Source of the DNA: Minisyncoccota bacterium
Lineage (GTDB): Bacteria; Patescibacteriota; Minisyncoccia; UBA6257; UBA9933
DNA length: 64,000 nt
Assembly (NCBI GenBank): GCA_041650415.1
Contig: JBAZLC010000003.1
Span: forward strand, 2,033 to 66,032
Direction: 5' to 3'
Shown here piece by piece: positions 26,779 through 36,202 of the stretch. The position numbers were made by a program, and so were the translations under genes. The notes under the pieces are model-generated. The model was not told where the DNA came from and ran no database searches. It saw only the letters and a program-made list of their open reading frames with translations. Within the stretch, counting starts at the first letter, position 1; each line of letters begins with the position of its first letter.

Positions 26779-27870
26779 TTTTTCCAAAAGTTTTTTATAA
26801 GTTTTCAATAATTTTTTGCTTAAAAACTTTATGTCTTCTTTTTCGGCGAGTTTTTGGGCGTTTTTGCTCAAGCGCTCGCGGAGAGATTTATCTTCTATTA
26901 GTATATCAAGATATTTTTTAACTTCGTCGTCGTTTTTGGCTATCAAGCAATTTTCATTGTGAATCAGCCAGCCGCGGTAAGTCGGAAGTTCTTTGACCAA
27001 GATTGGCAAGCCCGTGGCGGCCGCTTCCAATAAAACCATGCCCTGGTTTTCTCCCGATGAAAGGAAAATAAAAATATCAATCGCGTTAAAAGCCGCGCAA
27101 ATATCGCCGCTGGAAACGTACCCCGTGAATTTAACGTTGTTTGGCAAAACTTTAGGCAGACCCTTTGCCATTAATTTGCTGTAAATTTTTCCGAACCAGA
27201 TAAATTGTTGTTCCGGATGAGTTTCCGCTAGTTTGATGAATTTGTCGACGCCTTTTCTCGGTATTACCAATCCGACGCTTCCAATGACCAGTTTTTCGCA
27301 ACCGAATTGTTTTTTGCCCTCTTCCTTTTTTTGGTGGTTTGCATAATAGATGGAGCAATCGACGCCGTTCGATTGGACGAATAATTTTTCGGCGGGCAGA
27401 CCATAATTTTCAATTAAAAGATTTTTCGTGTATTCGCTCGGGCAAAAAATTAAATCAGCCTGGCCGTAGGCATAGGCCAGGTATTTTTTGGCGATTGGGA
27501 AAATCAGTTTGCCGAAGCGGAAAACTTCCGGAATTTCTTCGGCTACAACATGCGCCCAAATAATCACTTTTTTCCCTTGTCGCCGGGCTTTTTTTATAAG
27601 CCATAAAGATTTTAGCCACGGAGTGTTTATTTGTAAGATATCACAGGAGCCGTCCCACTTTTCGGTAAATGGAATATTTAGCGATTTAAGAGTGCGTCTC
27701 TGATTTTCGTAAGAAGCCAATAATCCTGTGCCGATGTTTTTATAAAGAATTCCGCCTAGAAAATAATAATATTCCAGATAAAGGCAGATTTTTACGTTTA
27801 AAGCGGGAATGCCGTTGTTTTGCGCGGTAAGACGGACAAGTTTATTTTTTATTTTTGGCAATTTTTTCAT
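26776..27870 (-). CDS. Family 1 (GT4) glycosyltransferase
   Basis: 364 aa with a GT-B C-terminal domain including EGFGLP-like GMVLLEAAATGLPIL. Confidence 0.75.
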   Translation of the reverse strand: MKKLPKIKNKLVRLTAQNNGIPALNVKICLYLEYYYFLGGILYKNIGTGLLASYENQRRTLKSLNIPFTEKWDGSCDILQINTPWLKSLWLIKKARRQGKKVIIWAHVVAEEIPEVFRFGKLIFPIAKKYLAYAYGQADLIFCPSEYTKNLLIENYGLPAEKLFVQSNGVDCSIYYANHQKKEEGKKQFGCEKLVIGSVGLVIPRKGVDKFIKLAETHPEQQFIWFGKIYSKLMAKGLPKVLPNNVKFTGYVSSGDICAAFNAIDIFIFLSSGENQGMVLLEAAATGLPILVKELPTYRGWLIHNENCLIAKNDDEVKKYLDILIEDKSLRERLSKNAQKLAEKEDIKFLSKKLLKTYKKLLEK

Positions 27871-29026
27871 AAAAATCGATTAATTTATTCGTAATTTTTT
27901 CGTTGGAATATTCTTCGGCTTTTGCGCGGGATTCTTTACCGAATTTCGCGGCCAAACGGCTGTTGGAAAGAATTTTAAGCGCTTTTTCCGCCATATCTTT
28001 CGGATCATCGGTTTTGGCAAAAAAACCGTTTTTACCGTCTACCATAAGAGAGGGTTCCGACAGTCCTTTTTCTTTAACTACTACCAATGGCAATCCCGTT
28101 GCCATTGCCTCAAGGATCGCGAGAGGCATTACTTCATTTTTGCACGCAGTCATGTAAAGGTCGTTGGCCTGTATAATTTTTACGATATCTCCCTTAAAAG
28201 TATAATTATAAGGTCCGGTAAATATTACTTTTTCTTTCACTCCCAGTTCTTTGGCAAGTTTTTTTAATTTTTCTTCTTCCGGGCCGCCTCCCGCTATTAC
28301 CAATGTCAGGTCGGGCATTTTTTTAAGCATTATGACAAACGCGCGAATTATTTGGTCTATGCTTTTTTCATAACTTACGCGTCCGATGTAGCAAATAGAT
28401 TTTCCTTTGATTCCTAAGCTCTTTTTTATTTTTTCTTTCTCCTTTTTGCTTGAAACGGGGTTAAACGATTCAATATCTATCGAGTTTCGCAAAAGAACAA
28501 CCTCACTTTTCAGCCCGCTTTTTTTTAAATCTTTTAGCATCTCATCCGACGGCGTTATTACGAAATCGCAGCGGTTATAAAATCCGGCAGTCAGTTTCCA
28601 GGAAAGTTTTTTCATCCAATCGTAATCGAGTTTTACATGCTTTAAATAGTGGTCGTAAAAAGTGTGATGCGTGCCTATAAATGGAACTTTTAAAATTTTG
28701 GCGGTGAATAATCCTTCGGTACCAACCAAAAGCGGAGTGTGAACGTGAATAACGTCCGGTTTGAATTTTCTTAGATAGGGCAGTGAAATGCCGAGCGGTA
28801 TGGTAAAGCGTTCGCCCGGATAAACGAGCGCGGGCAAAGAAGGCAACCGGACTATTTTGAAATTATCCGATTGGGTAAAACGCGGGTCGTCACCGAAATT
28901 TTTAGCGACGGTAAATACCATTACTTTATGTCCGAGATCGGCCAGCATTTTGGCCGATTGATAGGCGACTTTGGCGACGCCGTTCGTCTGTGGAGGAAAT
29001 GTATCGCTAAAAATGGCTATTTTCAT
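27842..29026 (-). CDS. Family 1 (GT4) glycosyltransferase
   Basis: 394 aa with MKIAIFSDTFPPQTNGVA (GT4 N-terminus) and a C-terminal GT-B domain with EAMATGLPLV. Confidence 0.8.
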   Translation of the reverse strand: MKIAIFSDTFPPQTNGVAKVAYQSAKMLADLGHKVMVFTVAKNFGDDPRFTQSDNFKIVRLPSLPALVYPGERFTIPLGISLPYLRKFKPDVIHVHTPLLVGTEGLFTAKILKVPFIGTHHTFYDHYLKHVKLDYDWMKKLSWKLTAGFYNRCDFVITPSDEMLKDLKKSGLKSEVVLLRNSIDIESFNPVSSKKEKEKIKKSLGIKGKSICYIGRVSYEKSIDQIIRAFVIMLKKMPDLTLVIAGGGPEEEKLKKLAKELGVKEKVIFTGPYNYTFKGDIVKIIQANDLYMTACKNEVMPLAILEAMATGLPLVVVKEKGLSEPSLMVDGKNGFFAKTDDPKDMAEKALKILSNSRLAAKFGKESRAKAEEYSNEKITNKLIDFYEKIAKNKK

Positions 29027-29856
29027 ATTAGATTAGTATGTAAAAAATCAAGGATAATTTCAATGGTTTCGTCTTGAGAATCCGTCCCGATGAAATGGCT
29101 CTTGCTTTTTGAGATAATAATTTTAGCTCCTTTGATTGTTTTTGCCATATCCTTAATTTCCGTTTTGGTGACAAAAAAATCTTTTTTACTCCAAACAATA
29201 ACAGTGGGAATTTTTATCTTTTTAATCGATTCGCTGAAGTCAATGTCTGCCATACCCGAAATCATCCAGAAGTTTATTGATAATGGCATTGTCATAAAGC
29301 CGTGCCTTACAGATTCCCAATAACCTTCCGATTTTTTATGCTGGTAATAATAATAATTTTTTCTTTTTTGCCATATTAGCATTGCTGCCGCTAAATTAAC
29401 CAAACCGGCGGCAACGGGACTTAAAAAATCAATTCCCCAGTATCTAAAAGGATTAACATGATTCACGCTTATTAAAATTAGTCCCTTTACGTTTTCGGGG
29501 TGTTTATCAATGTATTCAAGGGCGATTTGTCCGCCGAATGAATAACCCACCAGAACAAAATTATTGATATTTTCCTTTTTGATTATTTTATTTAAATCAT
29601 CGGAAAAAACAGGCATTCGGTAAAGCTCTTTATTTTTTGATTTATCAGAAAATCCGTGTCCTCGTAAATCCGGCGCCAAAACGTTATATTTGCGTTCATG
29701 TAAAAATTTCATTGGCCCCTCCCAGGTTGTGTGGTTTGAAGAAAGGCCGTGGAGCAAAACCACAGTTGGCCTGCCCGGAAACGACATGTCGCAAAAATAA
29801 GCGATTTTTCCTTTGCCGGTTTCTGCCGATTTTTGTTCAAGATGACTATTGTTCAT
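29023..29856 (-). CDS. Alpha/beta-fold hydrolase
   Basis: VVLLHGLSSNHTTW and a GYSFGG nucleophile elbow. The start is probably the internal MNNSH methionine, which avoids overlap with the DedA gene. Confidence 0.7.
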   Translation of the reverse strand: MNNSHLEQKSAETGKGKIAYFCDMSFPGRPTVVLLHGLSSNHTTWEGPMKFLHERKYNVLAPDLRGHGFSDKSKNKELYRMPVFSDDLNKIIKKENINNFVLVGYSFGGQIALEYIDKHPENVKGLILISVNHVNPFRYWGIDFLSPVAAGLVNLAAAMLIWQKRKNYYYYQHKKSEGYWESVRHGFMTMPLSINFWMISGMADIDFSESIKKIKIPTVIVWSKKDFFVTKTEIKDMAKTIKGAKIIISKSKSHFIGTDSQDETIEIILDFLHTNLI

Positions 29857-30430
29857 TTTTTTTGTTTTTTTGGCGATAGAAAAATATAAAAATAACAATA
29901 ATGCCGATGCCTAGAGATGTGGCACTAAAAATTCCGAGAGCAGAATTTATATTGTCAATCGCTTCTCCAAAGAAATATCCCAATAAGAGCAAGCCAAAAG
30001 ATTTGGCGAGCGTCGCTATCAGGTTAGCTGAAACAAATTTGTAAAAAGGCATTCTAACCAGGCCGGCGGCAACGAGAAAAATTCCACCAATACCTTGCGC
30101 CATTTTGCCGACAAAGAGAGTTCTTGTTCCGTGTTTTTCAAAATGTTTTTCTATTGGGACGACTTTTTCAATGGGAAAACCGATGTATCTACCCCATCTT
30201 TCCAAGAATTTCTCTCGCCCCCATCTGCCGATGGCATAATAAATTATGTCGCCACCTACGTCACCGAAAATTACTACCAGATAAGTTGTGACAAAATTCA
30301 TGAGTCCAAGCGAGACAATAAAGCCGGCGATAACGGTAATTATCGGGCCTTCAACCACGACGACGGGTAATAAAAGAATGTATTTATACTGAATTAGAAG
30401 CTCTATTATTTGTTCAAGTGAAAAAAACAT
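29846..30430 (-). CDS. DedA/SNARE-associated (TVP38/TMEM64) family membrane protein
   Basis: 194 aa with DedA topology and a conserved G...R...G core. Confidence 0.7.
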   Translation of the reverse strand: MFFSLEQIIELLIQYKYILLLPVVVVEGPIITVIAGFIVSLGLMNFVTTYLVVIFGDVGGDIIYYAIGRWGREKFLERWGRYIGFPIEKVVPIEKHFEKHGTRTLFVGKMAQGIGGIFLVAAGLVRMPFYKFVSANLIATLAKSFGLLLLGYFFGEAIDNINSALGIFSATSLGIGIIVIFIFFYRQKNKKNEQ

Positions 30431-30509
30431 ATGCGTTTATTATAAAACTTTTTGATTAATTATAATAGATATTTTGAATAATTATAAACAAGAAGTATAA
30501 TATGAGTAC

Positions 30510-31430
30510 ATGAGAAACAAAATAATTTTCGGTGCGGTATTTGTTATTGTCGTAATTATAGCGGTAATAACTTTTTTGGGAATTAATAATAAACAGCCGG
30601 GCAACCAGGATAAAGCGGCGGTTTTTAATTGTACCGACGGAAAATCGATAACTGCCGTTTTCCATTTGCCCGATGATAAAAACGTTGACCTTGTTTTAAG
30701 TGATGGAAGAAAATTATCGATTCCGCGCGCGATTTCCGGCTCGGGCGCGAGGTATGCCAACGCGGATGAAAGTTTTGTTTTTTGGAACAAAGGCAACACC
30801 GCTTTTATCACCGAAAACGGGAAAACTACTTATCAAGATTGCGCGACAAATGATTCCGAAAGCAATTCCGCGCAAAATTATTCAACGGCGAAATATATCA
30901 GTGATAAATACGGCTTTGAAATAAGTTTTCCTTCAAATATCGTTCCCGAATATCAATTTAAACAGTATTATCATCTTTCCAATAATTGGCGCGCCGAAGC
31001 GTCTTCCGAGAGCAAAGGAGACGTTTTGTTTTCCATTCCGGTTTTTAGGGTGGACAATGGGGGAGTCGCCACGGGCAAACCCTATCCGCTTTATTTTGAC
31101 GCGGAAGTGAGAATAGGCGCAAGCTCTGACCCGGCAGAAGTCGCCAATTGTTACAAGCCTGACCCGGGCTATGAGAATCAGCAAATAACGGACGTTCAAA
31201 TAAATGGAGTTGATTTCAAGAAATTTGATTTTGGCGGCGCCGGAATGATGCAGTATCTTCAAGGAGTAAGTTATAGAATCGTCCGCGATAATGCTTGTTT
31301 GACAATAGAACAGATTAAAACCGGTTCAAGCTACAGAGACGACTCGATGCTTCCGGGAATTCCGGACGAACAGCTGAATGGCTATTACATAGAAGCGGGG
31401 AATATAATTCAAAGTTTAAAATTTAATTAA
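30510..31430 (+). CDS. Membrane-anchored protein with N-terminal MliC-like (lysozyme inhibitor) domain plus C-terminal domain of unknown function
   Basis: Signal/TM N-terminus, then CTDGKSITAVFH...SGSGARY...FVFWNKGNTAF...DC matching the MliC family signature. Confidence 0.6.
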   Translation: MRNKIIFGAVFVIVVIIAVITFLGINNKQPGNQDKAAVFNCTDGKSITAVFHLPDDKNVDLVLSDGRKLSIPRAISGSGARYANADESFVFWNKGNTAFITENGKTTYQDCATNDSESNSAQNYSTAKYISDKYGFEISFPSNIVPEYQFKQYYHLSNNWRAEASSESKGDVLFSIPVFRVDNGGVATGKPYPLYFDAEVRIGASSDPAEVANCYKPDPGYENQQITDVQINGVDFKKFDFGGAGMMQYLQGVSYRIVRDNACLTIEQIKTGSSYRDDSMLPGIPDEQLNGYYIEAGNIIQSLKFN

Positions 31431-31444
31431 TAAAAATAGGCAAA

Positions 31445-31473
31445 TAAAAAACGCCGGATTTCGGCGTTTTTTA
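31445..31473. terminator. Bidirectional intrinsic terminator (A-run, ACGCCG hairpin CGGCGT, T-run)
   Basis: AAAAAACGCCGGATTTCGGCGTTTTTT between convergent genes. Confidence 0.6.
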
Positions 31474-31475
31474 TG

Positions 31476-31868
31476 TTATTTTTGGGGCTGAAGATAAGCT
31501 TTTACTTTTTCAACAAACTCGTCTAAAGAAGAGCCTTTTTTGATGAAATCGGTGGCGCCCATGTCTTTTGCGGCTTTAATGTCGGTTTCGGGCATATTGG
31601 GGTCGCTGAAAGCGGTCAAAAAAGCTATTTTTGAATCTTTTAGTTCCGGAATTTTTTTGAGTTCATAAAATAAATCGACTCCGTTCATAATTGGCATTTT
31701 AACGTCAAGCAGAATTAAATCGGGAATTTCTTTTTTGGCAACTTCAAGCCCTTCCACGCCGTTGGTAGCGGAAATAATTTTAAATCCGGCGGAATTCAAT
31801 TTTGTCGTATAAATTTTTATGATTTCCGGTTCGTCGTCAACCATAAGTATTAATGGCGGGTTTTTCAT
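31476..31868 (-). CDS. Stand-alone response regulator receiver (CheY-like REC) protein
   Basis: 130 aa with DD...D phospho-acceptor and K motifs (LILMVDDEPEI...LILLDVKMP). Confidence 0.85.
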   Translation of the reverse strand: MKNPPLILMVDDEPEIIKIYTTKLNSAGFKIISATNGVEGLEVAKKEIPDLILLDVKMPIMNGVDLFYELKKIPELKDSKIAFLTAFSDPNMPETDIKAAKDMGATDFIKKGSSLDEFVEKVKAYLQPQK

Positions 31869-31910
31869 ATTTTCGTTTTTTAAGTTAATTATTTTAATGG
31901 GGGAATCAAT

Positions 31911-34061
31911 CTATGCTAATGGCAGACTGATAGTGAAAATACTTCCTTTTTCCGGCTCGCTCTTCTCAAGTTTAATGGAGCCCTTCATGGATTCCATAAG
32001 TAATTTTCCGATATAAAGGCCCATGCCGCTTCCGTATTCTTTACTGTGCATGAATTGGCCGTTAACGGTTTGGAATTTTTGGAAAAGCAAACTTTGGTCT
32101 TCGGGTTTTATTCCCATACCGGTATCGGAAACCGAAAGTTTGACAGAATCTTTTTCTTTTAAGATTTCCACAGTCACTCCGCCTTTTTCGGTGTATTGTA
32201 GCGCGTTAGATACGAGATTGATTATTACTTGTTTTGTTCTTTCCCGGTCGGCGACAACGCGCGTTTCGGCGCGTTCGGGAGGTGAAAATTTAATGAATAA
32301 ATTTTTAAAATCGGCTTGAGGTTTTAATGAATCTGTAACTTCTTTGGCGACTTCGGACAAATCGAAAGAATCGGAACGTAGTTTTATGTGGCCGCTTTCA
32401 ATTATGGCCAAATCCAAAAAATCATTTATTATTCCAAGCAATCTTATACTGCTCTTGTTAATAGATTTTACCATTTCTTTTGAATCTCCGCCAGAATTTG
32501 TGTTGAGCGCGGGCGATTCAAGCAGCAACTCGCTGTTGCCCCGGATGATTGCAAGGGGAGTTCTGAGTTCATGGGCGGCAATGGTAACAAAAGAATTTCT
32601 GGCTTCGTCTAAAAGTTTTTCCTGCGTAATATCTTCGATTAATATGACTATTCCGGCAATTTTGGAAGCGGACATTACGGGCGTAAAAAACAATTTCAAA
32701 AACTTTGAACCGAATCTGACGTCATCGGTCATAACGATTTTTCCGCTTGACGCCGCTTTCTCGTAAAAAGACTTCAAATTTATCGAATTTTTCACTTTAT
32801 TTTCTACTTCCTGAAAAGAGAACGGGTTTTTTTCTCCAAATTCGAATAAATGGCTGACGTATTCGTTTGACAGGAAAAGCTGATAATTGGCATCCAATAA
32901 TATAAATCCTAACGGCAAACTATTAATAGAAGAGAGCAAGCGCGCCTTTTCAAGTTCAAGTTCGCCGTAAGAAGCGCCAAGCCTTTCAGCCATTAAATTA
33001 AGAGTTGTTGCCAATTGGCCTATTTCATTATTTGAAGAAATATCGGCCTTCGCGTTGAGATTTCCCTTGCCGATTTCAACGGCGGTATTGGTTAAAATTT
33101 CAATAGGCTTTGTTATTCTTTTTGAAAGATATGGCGTAATAATAATATTAATGGTAAGTCCTACTAGTGTTAAAAATATCGCCCAAAAAGAAGTATTTAT
33201 TATCGGCGCATAAGCTTCCATTATCGGAACTTCTATTATTACTGCCCAGTCGGGTTGACCGAGTTGTTCCATTGTTGTCACAACATAATCGCCGGAAATT
33301 CCTCTTAAAATTTCCGCCTCTTCAATTATTCTTTCAGTCCCATTTACGAATTCGTTGACTTCTTCAAGGCTATCAGTTAAGTTTTCGCCTTTCAAAATGC
33401 GGCTGGTGTCATTAAATGCTATTAACCTTCCCTTTTTATCTACAACATATACCAAACCTTCGTTGCCGATTTTTATACTATTAACCAAATCCCACATAAA
33501 TTTTAAATTAGTTTCAGCTATCAGCATTTCTTTAGAATCTCCGAAAATATTTTTTATTGGTACGGCAATAGCAATCAACGGTTCGTTAGTAATTTCGTCT
33601 ATATATATTGGGCTAATATATGTATCGCCGGATTTTGTTATAGAAAAAGCCCTTTCTTTTTCTTCGGGGGTAACTAATTCAGGCATTTTTATCTCGGAAA
33701 GTCGGGAAACGGCAGTGAAATTTTCTCTATCGGGATATGCTATTATTAATTGGCGAAATGACTTGTCGGCGCCTAAAAGTTTTTCCAAAAAATCTATCTC
33801 GCCTTTTTCCGACGCATTTACCAAATTTGAAAACTTAGCAGTCGAATTTAATAAATTTATTTTTTCTTGAATGAAATTTTTAACGGCATTTCCTGCGTCT
33901 TCGGCAATAAGACGTTGTTCATTGGTAAGAGATTGCTTTTGTGATTGATAATTAAAAAAAATAGAAAAACTGTTGACGATTAAAAGGATTGCGCCGAATA
34001 GGGACGTAAAAACAACAATTAAAGTAAAAGTTATGCTTCTAAATTTAGTTTTTTTATTCAT
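31911..34061 (-). CDS. Sensor histidine kinase: TM, extracellular Cache-like domain, HAMP, PAS, HisKA, HATPase_c
   Basis: 716 aa with an H-box (AAHELRTPLAII), a G-box (GSGMGLYIGK) and a HAMP segment. Immediately upstream of the REC gene. Confidence 0.85.
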   Translation of the reverse strand: MNKKTKFRSITFTLIVVFTSLFGAILLIVNSFSIFFNYQSQKQSLTNEQRLIAEDAGNAVKNFIQEKINLLNSTAKFSNLVNASEKGEIDFLEKLLGADKSFRQLIIAYPDRENFTAVSRLSEIKMPELVTPEEKERAFSITKSGDTYISPIYIDEITNEPLIAIAVPIKNIFGDSKEMLIAETNLKFMWDLVNSIKIGNEGLVYVVDKKGRLIAFNDTSRILKGENLTDSLEEVNEFVNGTERIIEEAEILRGISGDYVVTTMEQLGQPDWAVIIEVPIMEAYAPIINTSFWAIFLTLVGLTINIIITPYLSKRITKPIEILTNTAVEIGKGNLNAKADISSNNEIGQLATTLNLMAERLGASYGELELEKARLLSSINSLPLGFILLDANYQLFLSNEYVSHLFEFGEKNPFSFQEVENKVKNSINLKSFYEKAASSGKIVMTDDVRFGSKFLKLFFTPVMSASKIAGIVILIEDITQEKLLDEARNSFVTIAAHELRTPLAIIRGNSELLLESPALNTNSGGDSKEMVKSINKSSIRLLGIINDFLDLAIIESGHIKLRSDSFDLSEVAKEVTDSLKPQADFKNLFIKFSPPERAETRVVADRERTKQVIINLVSNALQYTEKGGVTVEILKEKDSVKLSVSDTGMGIKPEDQSLLFQKFQTVNGQFMHSKEYGSGMGLYIGKLLMESMKGSIKLEKSEPEKGSIFTISLPLA

Positions 34062-34078
34062 TTGTCTTTCGTCTGTCT

Positions 34079-35080
34079 TTATCGAATTATCTCATCAGCT
34101 TTTTCCAAAAATCCTTCGCTTAAATTTAATCCCATTTCTTGGGCTGTTTTATAGTTTACGCGTAATACGGCTTCCGGAGTTACAATAGGAATAGTTCCCG
34201 GAGAAATTCCTTTAAAAATTTTATCTGCTAAAGGCGCAGCCAGTTTTCCTGTTTCGATATTATCCGAGACATAGCTGAATATTGCGCCATTCTCGGCCTC
34301 AAAAGCAGCGCCTCCGCTAATCGGTATTTTATGTTTAAGAGCAAATTCGCTTATTGTTTTCCAGCCATCGGGCGATTGAGCAATGTCTTCCGGCATTATA
34401 AATATTGCGTCTATTCCGGTATTTTCTAAAGAATCCCTCTTTTGTATTTCAGCTTTTAATTCTTCAACGGTTGTTACGGGAGATTTTACAAGATTAACAT
34501 TTAATTCAAGAGCTAACGGTTCAAGAATTTCAAGAGCAATTTTCGTTGCTGGATAGTTAACATTATAAATTATATACAGGTTTTTTAATTGGGGAACTAT
34601 TTCAAGTAATAACTTAAATTTTTTTGCGGTTAATTCCGGAGCGGGGTAACGCACTCCTGTGATATTTCCACCCGGTTCGCGCGTGTTGTTTACTAAATCT
34701 ACTCCTTCAAGCGTCGCCAACGCGAACACAATAGGTGTTCTAATATCTTTAGTTGCATCTTTTGCTGTTAAAGAGGGTTCTGTGGGCACCGTAAAAATTA
34801 GGTCGACTTTTTCTTCGAGAAATCTTTTAATTGCCGCTTTTTCGCCTTCTGGGTCGGCGTTTAGCCTGACAATATCGTAAATTACGTTTTTGTCCTCAAT
34901 ATAGCCTAAATTTGTCATTTCCTGCTTAAAACCTTCAGCTATATCATAAAATAATTCTATTCCTGATAAAATTCCGATGCGGTAAACTTTTTCCGATTTT
35001 TGTTGAAAGAATATATAGCAAGCTCCGGCTGCCAATAAAACAATTACGATTATTATTTCAATAAATAATCTTTTTTTCAT
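34079..35080 (-). CDS. ABC_sub_bind-family (PF04392-like) substrate-binding protein, membrane-anchored
   Basis: 333 aa with an N-terminal TM, then a periplasmic-binding-protein-like fold (RIGILSGIELFYD...TVPTEP). Confidence 0.65.
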   Translation of the reverse strand: MKKRLFIEIIIVIVLLAAGACYIFFQQKSEKVYRIGILSGIELFYDIAEGFKQEMTNLGYIEDKNVIYDIVRLNADPEGEKAAIKRFLEEKVDLIFTVPTEPSLTAKDATKDIRTPIVFALATLEGVDLVNNTREPGGNITGVRYPAPELTAKKFKLLLEIVPQLKNLYIIYNVNYPATKIALEILEPLALELNVNLVKSPVTTVEELKAEIQKRDSLENTGIDAIFIMPEDIAQSPDGWKTISEFALKHKIPISGGAAFEAENGAIFSYVSDNIETGKLAAPLADKIFKGISPGTIPIVTPEAVLRVNYKTAQEMGLNLSEGFLEKADEIIR

Positions 35081-35083
35081 AAT

Positions 35084-36067
35084 TTATTTAAGTTTTAAAT
35101 TGTTGACTACAATTTCGGCGGCGTCAAATTTGTTTTTAATAAAACCGTATTTATAGCTGGCATCTATCACTGGTTGGATATCGTTTTTATTTATGTTGTC
35201 TTTAAAAAGCGGCAGGGCGACTTTACTTGCCAAGTCTTTTGCCAATCTTGTGTTTTTAGAAAGGATATTTGGCAATTCTTCTTTATTATTCGCTATATAT
35301 TTATTTGCTTCGCTAATTGCGTTAATAAATGCCAATTCTTTTTCCAAATTCGTTTCCAGTCATGAATTCTTGGCAAACCAACTTCCAAGCATTAATCTTG
35401 AAGAAATAGCATTAAAAGGGTCGTCGTCCAATACCCGCGCAGTCCCATTAGACAAACTTAGTGTTATATATGGCTCATTCAAAATACCAGCATCTATTGT
35501 CTTGTTTTTTAAATCGGACTCCATTTGCGAATAGGGAACTTCAACAACTTTTATTTTATTATAATTTAAATTATTTTTTTCTACCCAGGCTTTTAGGGCT
35601 AAATCGGCTATATTATTAAAACTATTCACGGCTACAATTTTGCCTTCCAAATCTTCCGGTTTTTTGATGTTTGAATTTACGGCTACCAACAATTTATGGA
35701 TAGTCGCGCTATTAGACGAATCTCTAAAAGCTCCCGGAGCAATAAATTTATAATCTAATCCTTTTTGATGCATGGTAATTATAGATACTATATTTGAAAA
35801 ACCAATGTCCAAATTTCCCGATTCAACCTCTGGAATGATTGTCTCACCGCTTGGCATTGAAATAAGTTCTATTTTTAAGCCTTGTTTTTCAAAAAATCCT
35901 TCATTCTTAGCCACAAGCAATTGCAGGCAATCTATAATTTCTATGTATCCGATTCTTATTTTCCCAACTTGTTTTGTTTTTGTTATTTCCTTAGTTAGCA
36001 AAAAATACCCTCCCGCCCCCGCCAATATGATAGCGGTAATTATTCCCACTAATATTTTTTTATTCAT
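35084..36067 (-). pseudogene. NMT1/SsuA-like substrate-binding protein gene interrupted by one in-frame TGA (at 35360-35362)
   Basis: The ORF-track ORFs 35360..36067 and 35084..35347 share one frame: ...WFAKNS-TGA-LETNLEKELAFINAI... Together they give an ~328-aa SsuA/TauA-like SBP. TGA is used as a stop elsewhere (rplP, GT2). Confidence 0.55.
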
Positions 36068-36202
36068 AAAAAATAAATAGTTAATTCTTCAATATATAGT
36101 CATTATAGGCTTTTCTTGGGGCTTGTAATAGTGGATAAATAGATGTATTCTTTATTTAGTTTCAACGAAACGCCCTCACGGGCATTTTTAGTGTAAAAAG
36201 AC

